The notes beneath the pieces were generated by a model. That model saw nothing but the letters and a program-made list of their open reading frames with translations. It made no database searches and was not told where the DNA came from. From IMG/VR virus record IMGVR_UViG_3300037755_000987, positions 23,416 through 87,415 of that record: 64,000 nucleotides of DNA, one strand, 5' to 3'. Of the stretch, positions 8,150 to 17,308 are shown one piece after another. The translations under genes were made by a program, and so were the position numbers. This DNA is from a virus. Lineage: Duplodnaviria > Caudoviricetes. Position 1 is the stretch's first letter, and each line of letters opens with the position of its first letter.

Positions 8150-9549
8150 ATGGCTGACTCAATCTTCCTCGGTGTCACGACCGCGCCGGCGCGAGACTTC
8201 GTCGCGCGGTGCATCCGCTCGAGGACCTGGAGCCGGATCTACTTTCCTTGCGCTGGCCGCTTCGGGATGGTCGCCGCCTACCTCCGATCAGGGGGCGTTG
8301 GCGCGAACGTCGAAGCGTCCGACATCGGCCTGTTCTCGACCGTCATCGGGTCGCTTGCAAGCGGCCGTCCGCTCGCCGAGCTCGGCATCCGCTTCGAGAC
8401 GACGGTGCCGGATCCGCCGCGGCTCGAGGATGATCTCGACCTGGCGGCGCAGGTGATGCTGGCGCTCAAGCTCGGTCAGCTCCGGCCCAGCTCCCAGCAT
8501 GGCATCAACCATCGCCGGCAGCTCTGCGCGGACTGGCCTCGTCAACACCAGGTAGTGCGGGACCAGGTGGAACAACTGGTCGGCTCGATCGCCGGGAGTA
8601 GCTACGCGGTGCGCGACCTGTGGGACGTGGTCGAGGAGGCAGCCGAGGATCCTGACGCCTGCCTGGCGGTCAACGTGCCGACCTACTCGGGCGGCTACCG
8701 CCGCATGTTCGCAGGCAGCGGGATCGCCTGGGACGAGCCCAGCATCCCGGAGTTCGACCCCAAGACGTACGAGCGCCTGATCGAGCGCCTGGACACAGCG
8801 AAGTGCGCGGCGCTCGTCTACTGCCAGCGGGAGACGACGGCCATCCCAGAAAGCTGGAAGGTGCTGTTCGCCCAGCCCTATAGCACCGAGCGGATCGACA
8901 CCGTCGTCGCCAACCGCGATCTCGGCGTCGACCCGTACGCCGTGCCGGAGAACAAGGCCGTCACGACGCGGCGCTTCCCGATCTACAACGAGGAGGAGAT
9001 CGCCTCTGAGACGCGGGTTTCGTTCGTCCGGGTCGACGCCGAGACGTGCCTCTACTACCGTGACCTCTTCGTCCACAAGCTGGGCGTGACGCGGGGAGAG
9101 AGCTACTTCTTGATGCTCCTCGACGGGCGGGTCGTGACGGCCTCGGGCTCAACACGCAATTCCTCCGCCGGTTTCAGAGCGACTACGTCTATGAGGTCTT
9201 CGGGATCTCGAAGTCGAGCGAGCGCTACATGCGGCTGGGAAAGCTCTTCATGCTGCTGCTGACCTCGATGGACATGAGACGCTACCTGGAGGCCGAGTTC
9301 AGCTTCGGAGTCCGCCAGCCGCTCGGGATTCAGACGACGTCGATCACGACCTTCGCCGAAGGGAAGACCGACCGAGGGGTCATGAAGCTGGTCCACCGCG
9401 AGGACCTGCCGAGTGGCCGGTTCCGAGTCGTCTACCGCGCGGACTTCCGAGACGACACCTGGCCGGACGTCGTCAAGCTGTGGCTCAACAAGTACGGCAG
9501 CAAGAGGCGGCACAAGCACCGCGAACCGGAGGCGAGAGCAGACGCATGA
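8150..9549 (+). CDS. N6-adenine DNA methyltransferase-like protein fused to a C-terminal (possibly Mom/GNAT-like) domain; apparent -1 frameshift near 9142-9145
   Basis: SAM-binding-like IYFPCAGRF and NPPY-like VNVPTY; after VVTA the protein-like sequence continues in the -1 frame (GLNTQFLRRF...YMRLGKLFMLL...) to TGA 9549. Confidence 0.7.
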
Positions 9550-10511
9550 CCAAGGCATTAAAGACGACCGAGGCGCCAGCCGAGACGACCAAGCTCTTCC
9601 CGTTCACCGGGAGCCTGCCGGAGGGTGTCGAGAGGATGCTCGACCTCGGCCAGGGGCTCGAGGTGTGGAAGGTGCCGGCCGCCGTGCTGCGCGAGCAGGA
9701 CATCAACGCCCAGACCCAGCCGCGGGCGATGTTCGACCGGCTCACCACCACCATCAAGAAGGGCGGGCGGCTCGAGTCGCTGCCGCTGTGCGCGGCCGTC
9801 GAGCACATGATCAAGCGCACCCCGAAGGGTGAGCCCGAGCCGGTGATCATCCCGGAGATCGTCTCGGGTCACCACCGGGTCCGCGCCGGCATGGCCGCCG
9901 GGCTTAGCGAGTTCTTCTGCCTGGTCGACACGAGCGGGCTGTCCCGCGATGAGATCCGCGCCAAGCAGCTCGCCCACAACGCCATCCACGGGACCTCGGA
10001 TCCGGACCTGCTCAAGCGCATCTACGAGCAGATCCGTGATGCGGAAGCGCGGCTCGAGGCTTTCGTCCCCTCCAACCTGGTGACCAAGATCCCCACCGTC
10101 ACCGTGCCGGACATCGCTGTCTCGGTCCAGTTTCAGCGCGTGCTCGTCATGTTCCTCCCGATCGAGCGCGACGTCTTCGAGCGCGCCGCCCAGGCTTGCG
10201 CTGGTCACGATGCCGTCTATGTCGCCGACCAGGAGAGGTTCGAGGACTTCCGCAAGCTCGCGCTTCGCGTGTCGGCCGACCTTGACATCCGGTCGATGGG
10301 GACGATCCTCGCCACGATGGGCGAGATCGTCCTCCGGGAGCTCGGCGAAGAGCCGGACACGCGCACGATGCTGCCGCTGCGCGACGTCCTTCGGGCGAGC
10401 TTCCTCGCCGCCGCTGACGGTGAGGCGCTGGGCGCCGCCCTCGATCGACTCCGGAAGGGCACCAAGCTCTCGAGGCTGGAAGCGCTCGCGGCGTGGGCGC
10501 ACGGAGCGTGA
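9546..10511 (+). CDS. ParB/Srx-like domain protein of the methylase-terminase cluster
   Basis: EQDINAQ...FDRLTTTIKK.GRLESLP...IVSGHHRVRA...QLAHNAIHGTSDPDLLKRIY. Confidence 0.8.
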   Translation: MTKALKTTEAPAETTKLFPFTGSLPEGVERMLDLGQGLEVWKVPAAVLREQDINAQTQPRAMFDRLTTTIKKGGRLESLPLCAAVEHMIKRTPKGEPEPVIIPEIVSGHHRVRAGMAAGLSEFFCLVDTSGLSRDEIRAKQLAHNAIHGTSDPDLLKRIYEQIRDAEARLEAFVPSNLVTKIPTVTVPDIAVSVQFQRVLVMFLPIERDVFERAAQACAGHDAVYVADQERFEDFRKLALRVSADLDIRSMGTILATMGEIVLRELGEEPDTRTMLPLRDVLRASFLAAADGEALGAALDRLRKGTKLSRLEALAAWAHGA

Positions 10512-11140
10512 GCGTGGCGTCTTCTCGGAGATCTCTCGGCGAAGGCAACCCCTGGGACCGGCGGCCCGGTGAGCCGCCGAAGGCTTGGTCTGCCTTCCAG
10601 GTTTACAGGGACCTTGGCAGCTTCGAGCGGTCGTTCAGTCGCGCGGTGACGGCGCTGGGCCGGACTGTCGGCTACAGGCGCGTCCTCGAGGAATGGTCAG
10701 TGCGGTGGTCCTGGGTCGAAAGGTCGCAGGCGTGGGACGCGCACCAGGACGAGCTCCGGCAGCGCAAGCTGAACGAGGAGGTCGAGCAGATGGCGGAGCG
10801 GCACGCCCGGACCGCGCAGCAGATGCTCGAGATCGCCGACCTGAAGCTCCAGGCCGTGATGCGCGGGATCAGCGTCAGCCTGCAGGAAGGTGGCGACAGC
10901 TTCGACGTGCCGGGCCTGACGCTGACCACCCTGCCGACGCTCGTCAAGATCGCCGCCGAGCTCGAGCGGCTGTCCCGCGGTGAGAGCACAGCCGTCACCG
11001 AGCTTCGCCCCGGCGATCGCCTGATGCTCCCGAGTGCCCTGCCGGAGGGTGTCTTCCACCAGGTGGTCGAGGCTCTCGCCGCGCAGAAGGCCATGCCCGG
11101 GACGCGAGACCGGGACCCCATGGCCGACGCAAAGCCGTGA
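10508..11140 (+). CDS. terS: Terminase small subunit
   Basis: RPGEPPKAWSAFQVYRDLG..RS...LEEWSVRWSWVERSQAWD motif; directly upstream of terL. Confidence 0.75.
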   Translation: MSVASSRRSLGEGNPWDRRPGEPPKAWSAFQVYRDLGSFERSFSRAVTALGRTVGYRRVLEEWSVRWSWVERSQAWDAHQDELRQRKLNEEVEQMAERHARTAQQMLEIADLKLQAVMRGISVSLQEGGDSFDVPGLTLTTLPTLVKIAAELERLSRGESTAVTELRPGDRLMLPSALPEGVFHQVVEALAAQKAMPGTRDRDPMADAKP

Positions 11141-11141
11141 C

Positions 11142-12560
11142 GTGTCGTTCGACTACACCGACTTCCAGCGGCTGGTGCACGCCGTGCCGGAGGAGGTCAA
11201 CCGCGCGCTGGTGGGCGGCCGCGGCGGTGGCAAGAGCGTAGGGCTCGCCCAAGGCATCGGGATCAGGGCGGAGCGGTACCAGGAGCGGGCCCGGATCCTC
11301 TACCTGCGCCAGGGGCCGTACAAGTCGCTCTCGGACATCACCGAGACGCTGGCGTCGGTCTTCGATCAGTTCTGGGGGCCGAAGCGCCACAGCCTGAACA
11401 GAAGCTCGATGCGCTGGTCGCTGCCGACCGGCTCCTACTTCGAGCTCGGCATCCTTCCGGACGGAGAGGAGGGTCGGCGATATTACGAAAGAGCGTACCA
11501 GGGGCGGTCTTTCTCCGATGTCACCGTCGACGAATCTCAGCAGTTCAGCCAGCCCACCGTGCTCGACCTTCTGACCTCGAACCTGCGGGGGTCGATCCCG
11601 ACGCGGATGACGATCGCGGCCAACCCCGGCGGCATCGGCCACCAGTGGCTGGTCCGCCGGCACGTCAACGCGGCCGAGCCGTGGGCGTTCTACGACATCG
11701 AGACGGAGGTCACGCTCGGCCAGGCGAAGAGGAAGTTCACGAAGCGCTGGATCAACTGCCCGTCGACCTACCACGACAACCCGCACAACGGCCCGGACTA
11801 CCTCTCGAACCTCGCGATGTCGTCCGGTAACGATCTGGACCTGCTGCGCGCCTGGCTGACGGGTGACTGGAACATCAGCCGCGGCGCGTACTTCGCGGAC
11901 GTCCTCGCCAACCCGAAGATCCGGATCGCGTGGCCGGACCCGTCCGAATGGGCGGGCTGGTCGGCGGATGGCTGGTCGTTCTGGCTCGCCTTCGACCACG
12001 GCTCGGCGGCGCCGAGCGTCTGCTACGTGATGGCGAAGAGCCCGGGGAGCCTGGGACCCGACGGCCGCTACTACCCGCACGGCTCGCTCCTCATGCTCGA
12101 CGAGTGGGCCTGCTACCGGGAGAACGATCTGAGCTCCGCCTTCGGCTGGCACGTCGGCACGATCTCCGGCCACGTCCGGGCGCTGGCCGAGCGCTGGCGG
12201 CTGCCGGCCTGGGGTTTCGCCGACGACGCCTGCTTCGCGGATGCTGGGCACGAGGACGGCACGATCGCGGACGAGTACGCGGAGCACGGCGTCACCTGGG
12301 AGCCGGCGCACAAGGGCACCCGCGCGTCGCGGATGCTGACGATCAAGCGCATGATGGCCGACGCCGGCAACTTCGAGAAGCCGGGGCTCTACGTCTCCAA
12401 CCGCTGCTGGTACTGGTGGAACACGGTGCCGTTCCTCGTCTACGATCCGAACAACCGCGAGGTGCCGAAGAAGTGCTCGACCGACCACGGCCTGGATGCG
12501 GCGAGCTACGGCCTGAGCGGTGACGCGGCTCGAGGCGGGGTGACGGAAAACATCGCCTGA
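11142..12560 (+). CDS. terL: Terminase large subunit
   Basis: Walker A GGRGGGKS, Walker B VTVDESQQF, coupling motif AANPGGIGHQW, nuclease-domain FDHG and TDHGLDAASY. Confidence 0.93.
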   Translation: MSFDYTDFQRLVHAVPEEVNRALVGGRGGGKSVGLAQGIGIRAERYQERARILYLRQGPYKSLSDITETLASVFDQFWGPKRHSLNRSSMRWSLPTGSYFELGILPDGEEGRRYYERAYQGRSFSDVTVDESQQFSQPTVLDLLTSNLRGSIPTRMTIAANPGGIGHQWLVRRHVNAAEPWAFYDIETEVTLGQAKRKFTKRWINCPSTYHDNPHNGPDYLSNLAMSSGNDLDLLRAWLTGDWNISRGAYFADVLANPKIRIAWPDPSEWAGWSADGWSFWLAFDHGSAAPSVCYVMAKSPGSLGPDGRYYPHGSLLMLDEWACYRENDLSSAFGWHVGTISGHVRALAERWRLPAWGFADDACFADAGHEDGTIADEYAEHGVTWEPAHKGTRASRMLTIKRMMADAGNFEKPGLYVSNRCWYWWNTVPFLVYDPNNREVPKKCSTDHGLDAASYGLSGDAARGGVTENIA

Positions 12561-12573
12561 AATCTCGCCGCGG

Positions 12574-12602
12574 TTGCGTTCTGACGCCGCCCCGTGGACA
12601 AT
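12574..12602 (+). promoter_or_regulatory. Putative sigma70-like promoter upstream of portal
   Basis: TTGCGT-17 bp-GACAAT; GGGAGG RBS before ATG 12635. Confidence 0.5.
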
Positions 12603-12634
12603 CAGGTCGCCGAGGGAAACGACCGGGAGGGTTG

Positions 12635-14146
12635 ATGGCCCATAGGACCAAGGATCTGACGATCGAGACCCCGTCGGCAGAGTGGGCAGCCATGGAGGAG
12701 TACCGCGACCTGCCGCGCGACCTCCGCGGGGGCCTGATCCGCATCCAGTCGCTCACCAAGAAGCACCTGTGGCGGGCGGCCCGCGAGCGCGACCACGACT
12801 ACCAGCGCCGCCTGATGGCGCTCCAGTTCGACCCCTTCTATTGGAGCGCTATGGAGCACCTCGGCGGTCAGCCATTCACTCGCCAGGTTGGGTTGAGCGA
12901 CGACGTCCCCGCCGAGCTCCGACCGGACGGGGCGTGGGCGGACGACATCGACGGCCAGGGCCGCGACCTCCGACAAGTCATCCGCGGCACCTGCATCGAG
13001 TCGGCAGGCCTTGGGCTCGTCTACCTCCTGCCGATGTGGAGCGAGGTCGACGAGCGGCCGTACGTCCACGTCCTCAGCGCTCACGACGTGCTCGATCCCT
13101 GGGAGGAGGGAGGCGCCGTACGGCTGCGCATGACCCACCCGGTGCGAACGCCGGGCCGCCCGTGGGAGAAACGGAACGAGGGCCAGATCTGGGTCCTCTA
13201 CGATGGCGAGCCGACCGCCAGCGGTGATGAGCAGTGGGCCCGCTGGGAGGTCTTCGAGCGCGAGGACCCGACGAACCCGAAGAGCCCGTTCCGCGCCTCG
13301 CCGACCGAGGAGCTCAGCGGCCCCTTCCGCTACCAGCCGTGGATCCCGCTCTACCCCCTCTACACCGGCAACGGCGGCTGCCAGGAGGCACTGCCATGGG
13401 TGGCCTTCCCGCCGCTCTACGAGGTGGCCGCCGCGAACCGGGTCTACATGAACAAGCGTTCGGACCTCGACTTCGGCCTGCACGTCTCGAACATCCCTCA
13501 GCGCTGCGCCGCCGGGATCAGCGAAGCGGAGGTGGCGAAGATCGACAAGACCTCCTACAAGGGCATGTGGTGGACGAAGAACCACCAGGGGAAGTTCTAC
13601 TACCTCGAGCACAGCGGCGCCGCGTTCGAGCTTTCGCTCAGGGATCTTGAGGGGCTCGAGCGGCGGATCGAGGTCTGGGGCCTCCAGCCGATGCTCAGCG
13701 AGCACCAGGGCAACGTCACCGCCACCGGCCGGATGATCGACCTGAGCCGCGCCACCACTACCGCGCAGGCATGGACGCTGGGCTGGGAGGACGTCTGGAC
13801 GCAGGTCTGCCACGCGCTCGCCCGGTACGTCCGGAAGCCCGACCGCTTCGAGCTCACGTTCTTCACCGCCTTCGGCCCCGCGCCTCACGATCTCGAACGT
13901 GCGAAGATCATCCAGCAGGATTACCTGCAAGGCGATTTGGAGCCGGAGGCGTACTATCCCGAGATGCAGAAGCTGGGGGTCTACTCCGAGAGCTTCGACG
14001 TCCAGGCCGCGGTGGCCGCCGCAAAGAAGCGGCGCGACCAGGACATGAAGCGCCTGGCGACGATGCCGGTGCCGGGCGGGGGTAGGATCTCACCGAAGCC
14101 GCCGGAAGCGGAGGATCAACCCGATCTCACGCTGAGCGCGGCCTGA
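12635..14146 (+). CDS. Portal protein (DUF4055-like)
   Basis: ~500 aa after terL; PPLYEVAAANRVYMNKRSDLDFGLHVSN.P, FYYLEHSGAA, TATGRMID. Confidence 0.85.
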   Translation: MAHRTKDLTIETPSAEWAAMEEYRDLPRDLRGGLIRIQSLTKKHLWRAARERDHDYQRRLMALQFDPFYWSAMEHLGGQPFTRQVGLSDDVPAELRPDGAWADDIDGQGRDLRQVIRGTCIESAGLGLVYLLPMWSEVDERPYVHVLSAHDVLDPWEEGGAVRLRMTHPVRTPGRPWEKRNEGQIWVLYDGEPTASGDEQWARWEVFEREDPTNPKSPFRASPTEELSGPFRYQPWIPLYPLYTGNGGCQEALPWVAFPPLYEVAAANRVYMNKRSDLDFGLHVSNIPQRCAAGISEAEVAKIDKTSYKGMWWTKNHQGKFYYLEHSGAAFELSLRDLEGLERRIEVWGLQPMLSEHQGNVTATGRMIDLSRATTTAQAWTLGWEDVWTQVCHALARYVRKPDRFELTFFTAFGPAPHDLERAKIIQQDYLQGDLEPEAYYPEMQKLGVYSESFDVQAAVAAAKKRRDQDMKRLATMPVPGGGRISPKPPEAEDQPDLTLSAA

Positions 14147-14166
14147 CCGCAGAGGAGCGCAGCGAC

Positions 14167-14442
14167 ATGAGCGACGACGAGAAGAAGGCAACCCCGATCC
14201 GCGGGGGCGAGTTGGACCTCGATCCCGACTACCACGCCGGCAAGCTGGCTCGTCGCGACGAGCTCGAGGCGCTCGACAAACGCCTCGACGACCTCGCTGC
14301 CACGCTGGGTGGCCGCGTCGACGACATCGAATCGCGCGCTGAGCTTGGCGCCCGCCTCGAGGCGCTCGAGCAGCGGCTGACGTTTGTCGAGGGCGCGCTC
14401 GAGGGGCTGCGCGATGGCGCGGCGGGTGAAGGGGGTCCCTGA
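14167..14442 (+). CDS. Small coiled-coil protein
   Basis: ATG after GAGGAG; heptad pattern. Confidence 0.65.
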   Translation: MSDDEKKATPIRGGELDLDPDYHAGKLARRDELEALDKRLDDLAATLGGRVDDIESRAELGARLEALEQRLTFVEGALEGLRDGAAGEGGP

Positions 14443-14732
14443 TGGCCGACAAGCTCCTGCGCGCCGGCGACCTCAACCTGCGAGGGCCGCGTCCCGCCGC
14501 TGTCCCGCCCCCTCGATCCCGCGACGGCCGGCGGCGTTCGGCCACCACGCCGGCAGTCCACGCCCCCTTCACCGGCGCCAAGGAGGTCACCGTGCGCCGC
14601 GTCACCGGTGGTGACGTCGTCCACGCCCACAAGGAAGGCCCCCCCGGCGGTCCGTACGAGCACGCGGAGATCATCGCCACCACCCCCGCCGACCGTGATC
14701 GCCTGGTCGACGAGTTCCTGGGAGAGGGCTGA
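14442..14732 (+). CDS. Hypothetical protein
   Basis: TGATG coupling on both sides. Confidence 0.6.
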   Translation: MADKLLRAGDLNLRGPRPAAVPPPRSRDGRRRSATTPAVHAPFTGAKEVTVRRVTGGDVVHAHKEGPPGGPYEHAEIIATTPADRDRLVDEFLGEG

Positions 14733-15091
14733 TGTCGGCCTACCGGGAGGTGCAGCTCCTCAGCGCCGAGGGCGTTGAGGCCGCGGGGGTTGGCTCCCAG
14801 GTCGACAGCGCCGAGGGATCGGGCCGCTACGTGCCGGGCTCCCTCGAGGCTCGGTTGTGCCTCGACGTCTCGGCTGCCACCGCCGGCGATCGGACTTTGG
14901 ACGTCGAGGTCTACGGTGTGGTGGGCGGCGCCGAGTTCCTGATCCACACCTTCGAGCAGGTCGCCGCCGAGGCCACCAGCCAGCAGTCCGTGGTGGTCCA
15001 CGCGGTGCCCGCCCGGCTGGTGGTCCGCTACACCCTGCCGGCCGGCACCGGCGGCGACTTCGACTTCGCGGTCCACGTTGTCCGTGGCTGA
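14732..15091 (+). CDS. All-beta hypothetical protein (possible virion decoration protein)
   Basis: Alternating beta patterns (LCLDVSA, TLDVEVYG, LVVRYT, FDFAVHV). Confidence 0.55.
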   Translation: MSAYREVQLLSAEGVEAAGVGSQVDSAEGSGRYVPGSLEARLCLDVSAATAGDRTLDVEVYGVVGGAEFLIHTFEQVAAEATSQQSVVVHAVPARLVVRYTLPAGTGGDFDFAVHVVRG

Positions 15092-15644
15092 TCGGCCGCT
15101 GCTCGCCTGCGCGTTCTGGCGCGTCGCCGCGGGGGTGGCGCTGTGCTCCGGCGCTGCAGCGGCGGCTCAGGAGTCCACCCCCGCCGACGGGCGCCCCTTC
15201 GCCGGAGATGCCATCCCGCCGGTCGTGATTGAGCTCGACTTCGAGCTCGCGGCGGAGGGCACCGAGCCGCCGGAGGAGGAGGCGAAGGAAGCCCCCGAGG
15301 CCCCGCCGCTCGAGGCGGAGCGCACCCCCGGCCGTCTGGTCGCCGCCGGCTGGTGCGCTGTGCGGTCCGGATCCGCGGCCGAGGGCGACGAGCCGGGCTG
15401 TGACGTCGGCTTCGGGGCGTCGTTCTGGACGCACCCGGTCGGCGGCCGCGGCTGGCTGTCGGTCGTCGTTCTCGTTGGCGCCGAGTCGTTTGCGGTCGGG
15501 GGCGCCTGGACCGTGTTGGTCGTCGACCGCCCTGTGTCTGTGGGCGTCGGCGTGATGCTGCCGCACGGCGGCGGCGTTGGGATCTACCTCGACGGCACGA
15601 CGCTCGCCGTTGGGGCAACGTTCGGAATTGGAGGCCAATCGTGA
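15084..15644 (+). CDS. Exported protein with amphipathic beta-strand C-terminus (outer-membrane-like)
   Basis: Signal-peptide-like N-terminus; Gly/aromatic-rich strands ending LAVGATFG. Confidence 0.55.
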   Translation: MADRPLLACAFWRVAAGVALCSGAAAAAQESTPADGRPFAGDAIPPVVIELDFELAAEGTEPPEEEAKEAPEAPPLEAERTPGRLVAAGWCAVRSGSAAEGDEPGCDVGFGASFWTHPVGGRGWLSVVVLVGAESFAVGGAWTVLVVDRPVSVGVGVMLPHGGGVGIYLDGTTLAVGATFGIGGQS

Positions 15645-16132
15645 GAAAGGGTTTGGACCGGATCGGAAAAGCGCTGTTGGTGTTCCTCGAACTGCGGGTG
15701 TTCCTCCCCTCGCCGTTCTGGCGGTGGCCGTCAGCGTGGGGGGTGGCCTGGCGCGCGGTAGCGGCCGCCAGCGTCCTCCTCGCCCTCCCCGCTGCGATTC
15801 TCTGGGCCGGCGGCGGGGAGGACTGCCCACCGGAGCACGTCAGCGTTCCGGTGGTCGTCCCCGGGAACGCCGGGGCGACGGTTGGGTGCGTGCCGCTGGC
15901 GGCCCTCCGGGACGTCTGCAACCCGCCGCGGGTCGTTGCCGCATCGGCCGAGTCGGCTGACCCGGTCGACTGCCCGGTCGCCTGCAAGCTGGGCCTCGTG
16001 AACCTGATCGAGGCGATCGCCGCGCTTCGGTCCCGCGTCGACGAGCACGAGCTCCGCTTTCACCCCGGACTACCGAGCACAGGTCGGACTGACACCGTGC
16101 TCTTCGAGCCCGCCCTTCTGGAGACGCCATGA
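15641..16132 (+). CDS. Membrane-anchored Cys-rich protein
   Basis: GTGA coupling; hydrophobic AVAAASVLLALPAAILW; five Cys downstream. Confidence 0.55.
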   Translation: MRKGLDRIGKALLVFLELRVFLPSPFWRWPSAWGVAWRAVAAASVLLALPAAILWAGGGEDCPPEHVSVPVVVPGNAGATVGCVPLAALRDVCNPPRVVAASAESADPVDCPVACKLGLVNLIEAIAALRSRVDEHELRFHPGLPSTGRTDTVLFEPALLETP

Positions 16133-16638
16133 ACCGACACCGCCTCACAGTCCTCGCCCTCGCCACGCTTCTCGCCTTCGCCACCGGCCTGTCCGGCGGC
16201 TGTGCGTCCGGAGCCGCCGTCGTCGTTCCTGTCGACGCCAAGGTCTACCAGGACACCACGGAGGAGCGTGCGGCCTGGTACGCCGGCTGCGAATGGTGCC
16301 GTCGCCACCCACAGATGTTCCGACCGTCGACCCTCCCCGGCGGCAGCCGTCCTGGCTACCGTCCCGGGCCGTCAGCGAGTTGGCTGTTGGCGAACGGGTA
16401 CACCCACAAGCGGCAGACGACCGCCGTCGGCCCTCGCTTCGTTGCCGTGGCGGCGGAGCTGTGCACTCGGCAAACGACCCCCGTATTCAGCGACGAGTGG
16501 GGCGTCACGATGATCGACGCGCGCATCCAGGGGTTGACGTGCGCGGGGGTCTACTGGGGCCCCCAGGGGCGTTATTGCAGCGCTAGCTACTCCGAACAGG
16601 GTTGCTCTGCCGCCGAGGTAGAGAGGGGCGCGCCGTGA
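16129..16638 (+). CDS. Putative lipoprotein
   Basis: Basic N-terminus, hydrophobic core, lipobox-like SGG-C. Confidence 0.6.
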   Translation: MNRHRLTVLALATLLAFATGLSGGCASGAAVVVPVDAKVYQDTTEERAAWYAGCEWCRRHPQMFRPSTLPGGSRPGYRPGPSASWLLANGYTHKRQTTAVGPRFVAVAAELCTRQTTPVFSDEWGVTMIDARIQGLTCAGVYWGPQGRYCSASYSEQGCSAAEVERGAP

Positions 16639-16970
16639 GCCTGGTGTCCGCTACCGCTCTTCCGCGGGTCGAGGATGCGGAGCGGGTGATCGCCGAACTG
16701 CTCGACCAGGTCCACCCCCGCTGGCGCCAGCAGCCGGTCGCCTACGGCCCGGTGGGCGCGGCGGTCGCGTTCCTCGGGGGCGAGCGCCCGCCGCCGCGGG
16801 AGGCAGACGCCGAGCTGCGCACGGCAGCCGGGCTCTCCATCCTCGACCTCGAGCGCGTACCGGGATCGCTCGCTCATGCCGCCGCGGAGCGGCTGCGCGT
16901 CGCCATCGCGCGGGCGGCGCCGGCAGCGGTGGACGAAGAGACGATCGCAAGAACCGGAGGGTCGGAGTGA
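16635..16970 (+). CDS. Hypothetical protein
   Basis: GTGA coupling after GAGAGG. Confidence 0.55.
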   Translation: MSLVSATALPRVEDAERVIAELLDQVHPRWRQQPVAYGPVGAAVAFLGGERPPPREADAELRTAAGLSILDLERVPGSLAHAAAERLRVAIARAAPAAVDEETIARTGGSE

Positions 16971-17308
16971 CGGGTGCGTATGCGGGCGCCGAGCGGCTAC
17001 GGGAAGAGGACATGCGACGCGTGGCGCTGACGAGCAAGAAGGCCAGAGAGCTGATCGCCAGTGGAAAGGCTAGGGAGCTTCGCGATCCGGTACTGGTCGA
17101 CCACCTCGGGGCGATCAGCTACCGAGGGTGGAAGCTCTACGAGCGCCCCGGTAGGAACCCCCCGCGGTGGACCGCCACCCTGGGTGGGCGCTGCGTATCA
17201 GCCTCGGAGCTCGAGGTTCTGCTGGCGAGGGTCGACGAGCGGGAGGGGTTGGGGCGGCCGGGGACGGCGATCGGCGGCGGCGGCGACGAGGAGGTGGTGA
17301 GTCCATGA
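16967..17308 (+). CDS. Hypothetical protein
   Basis: GTGA coupling after GGAGG. Confidence 0.55.
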   Translation: MTGAYAGAERLREEDMRRVALTSKKARELIASGKARELRDPVLVDHLGAISYRGWKLYERPGRNPPRWTATLGGRCVSASELEVLLARVDEREGLGRPGTAIGGGGDEEVVSP

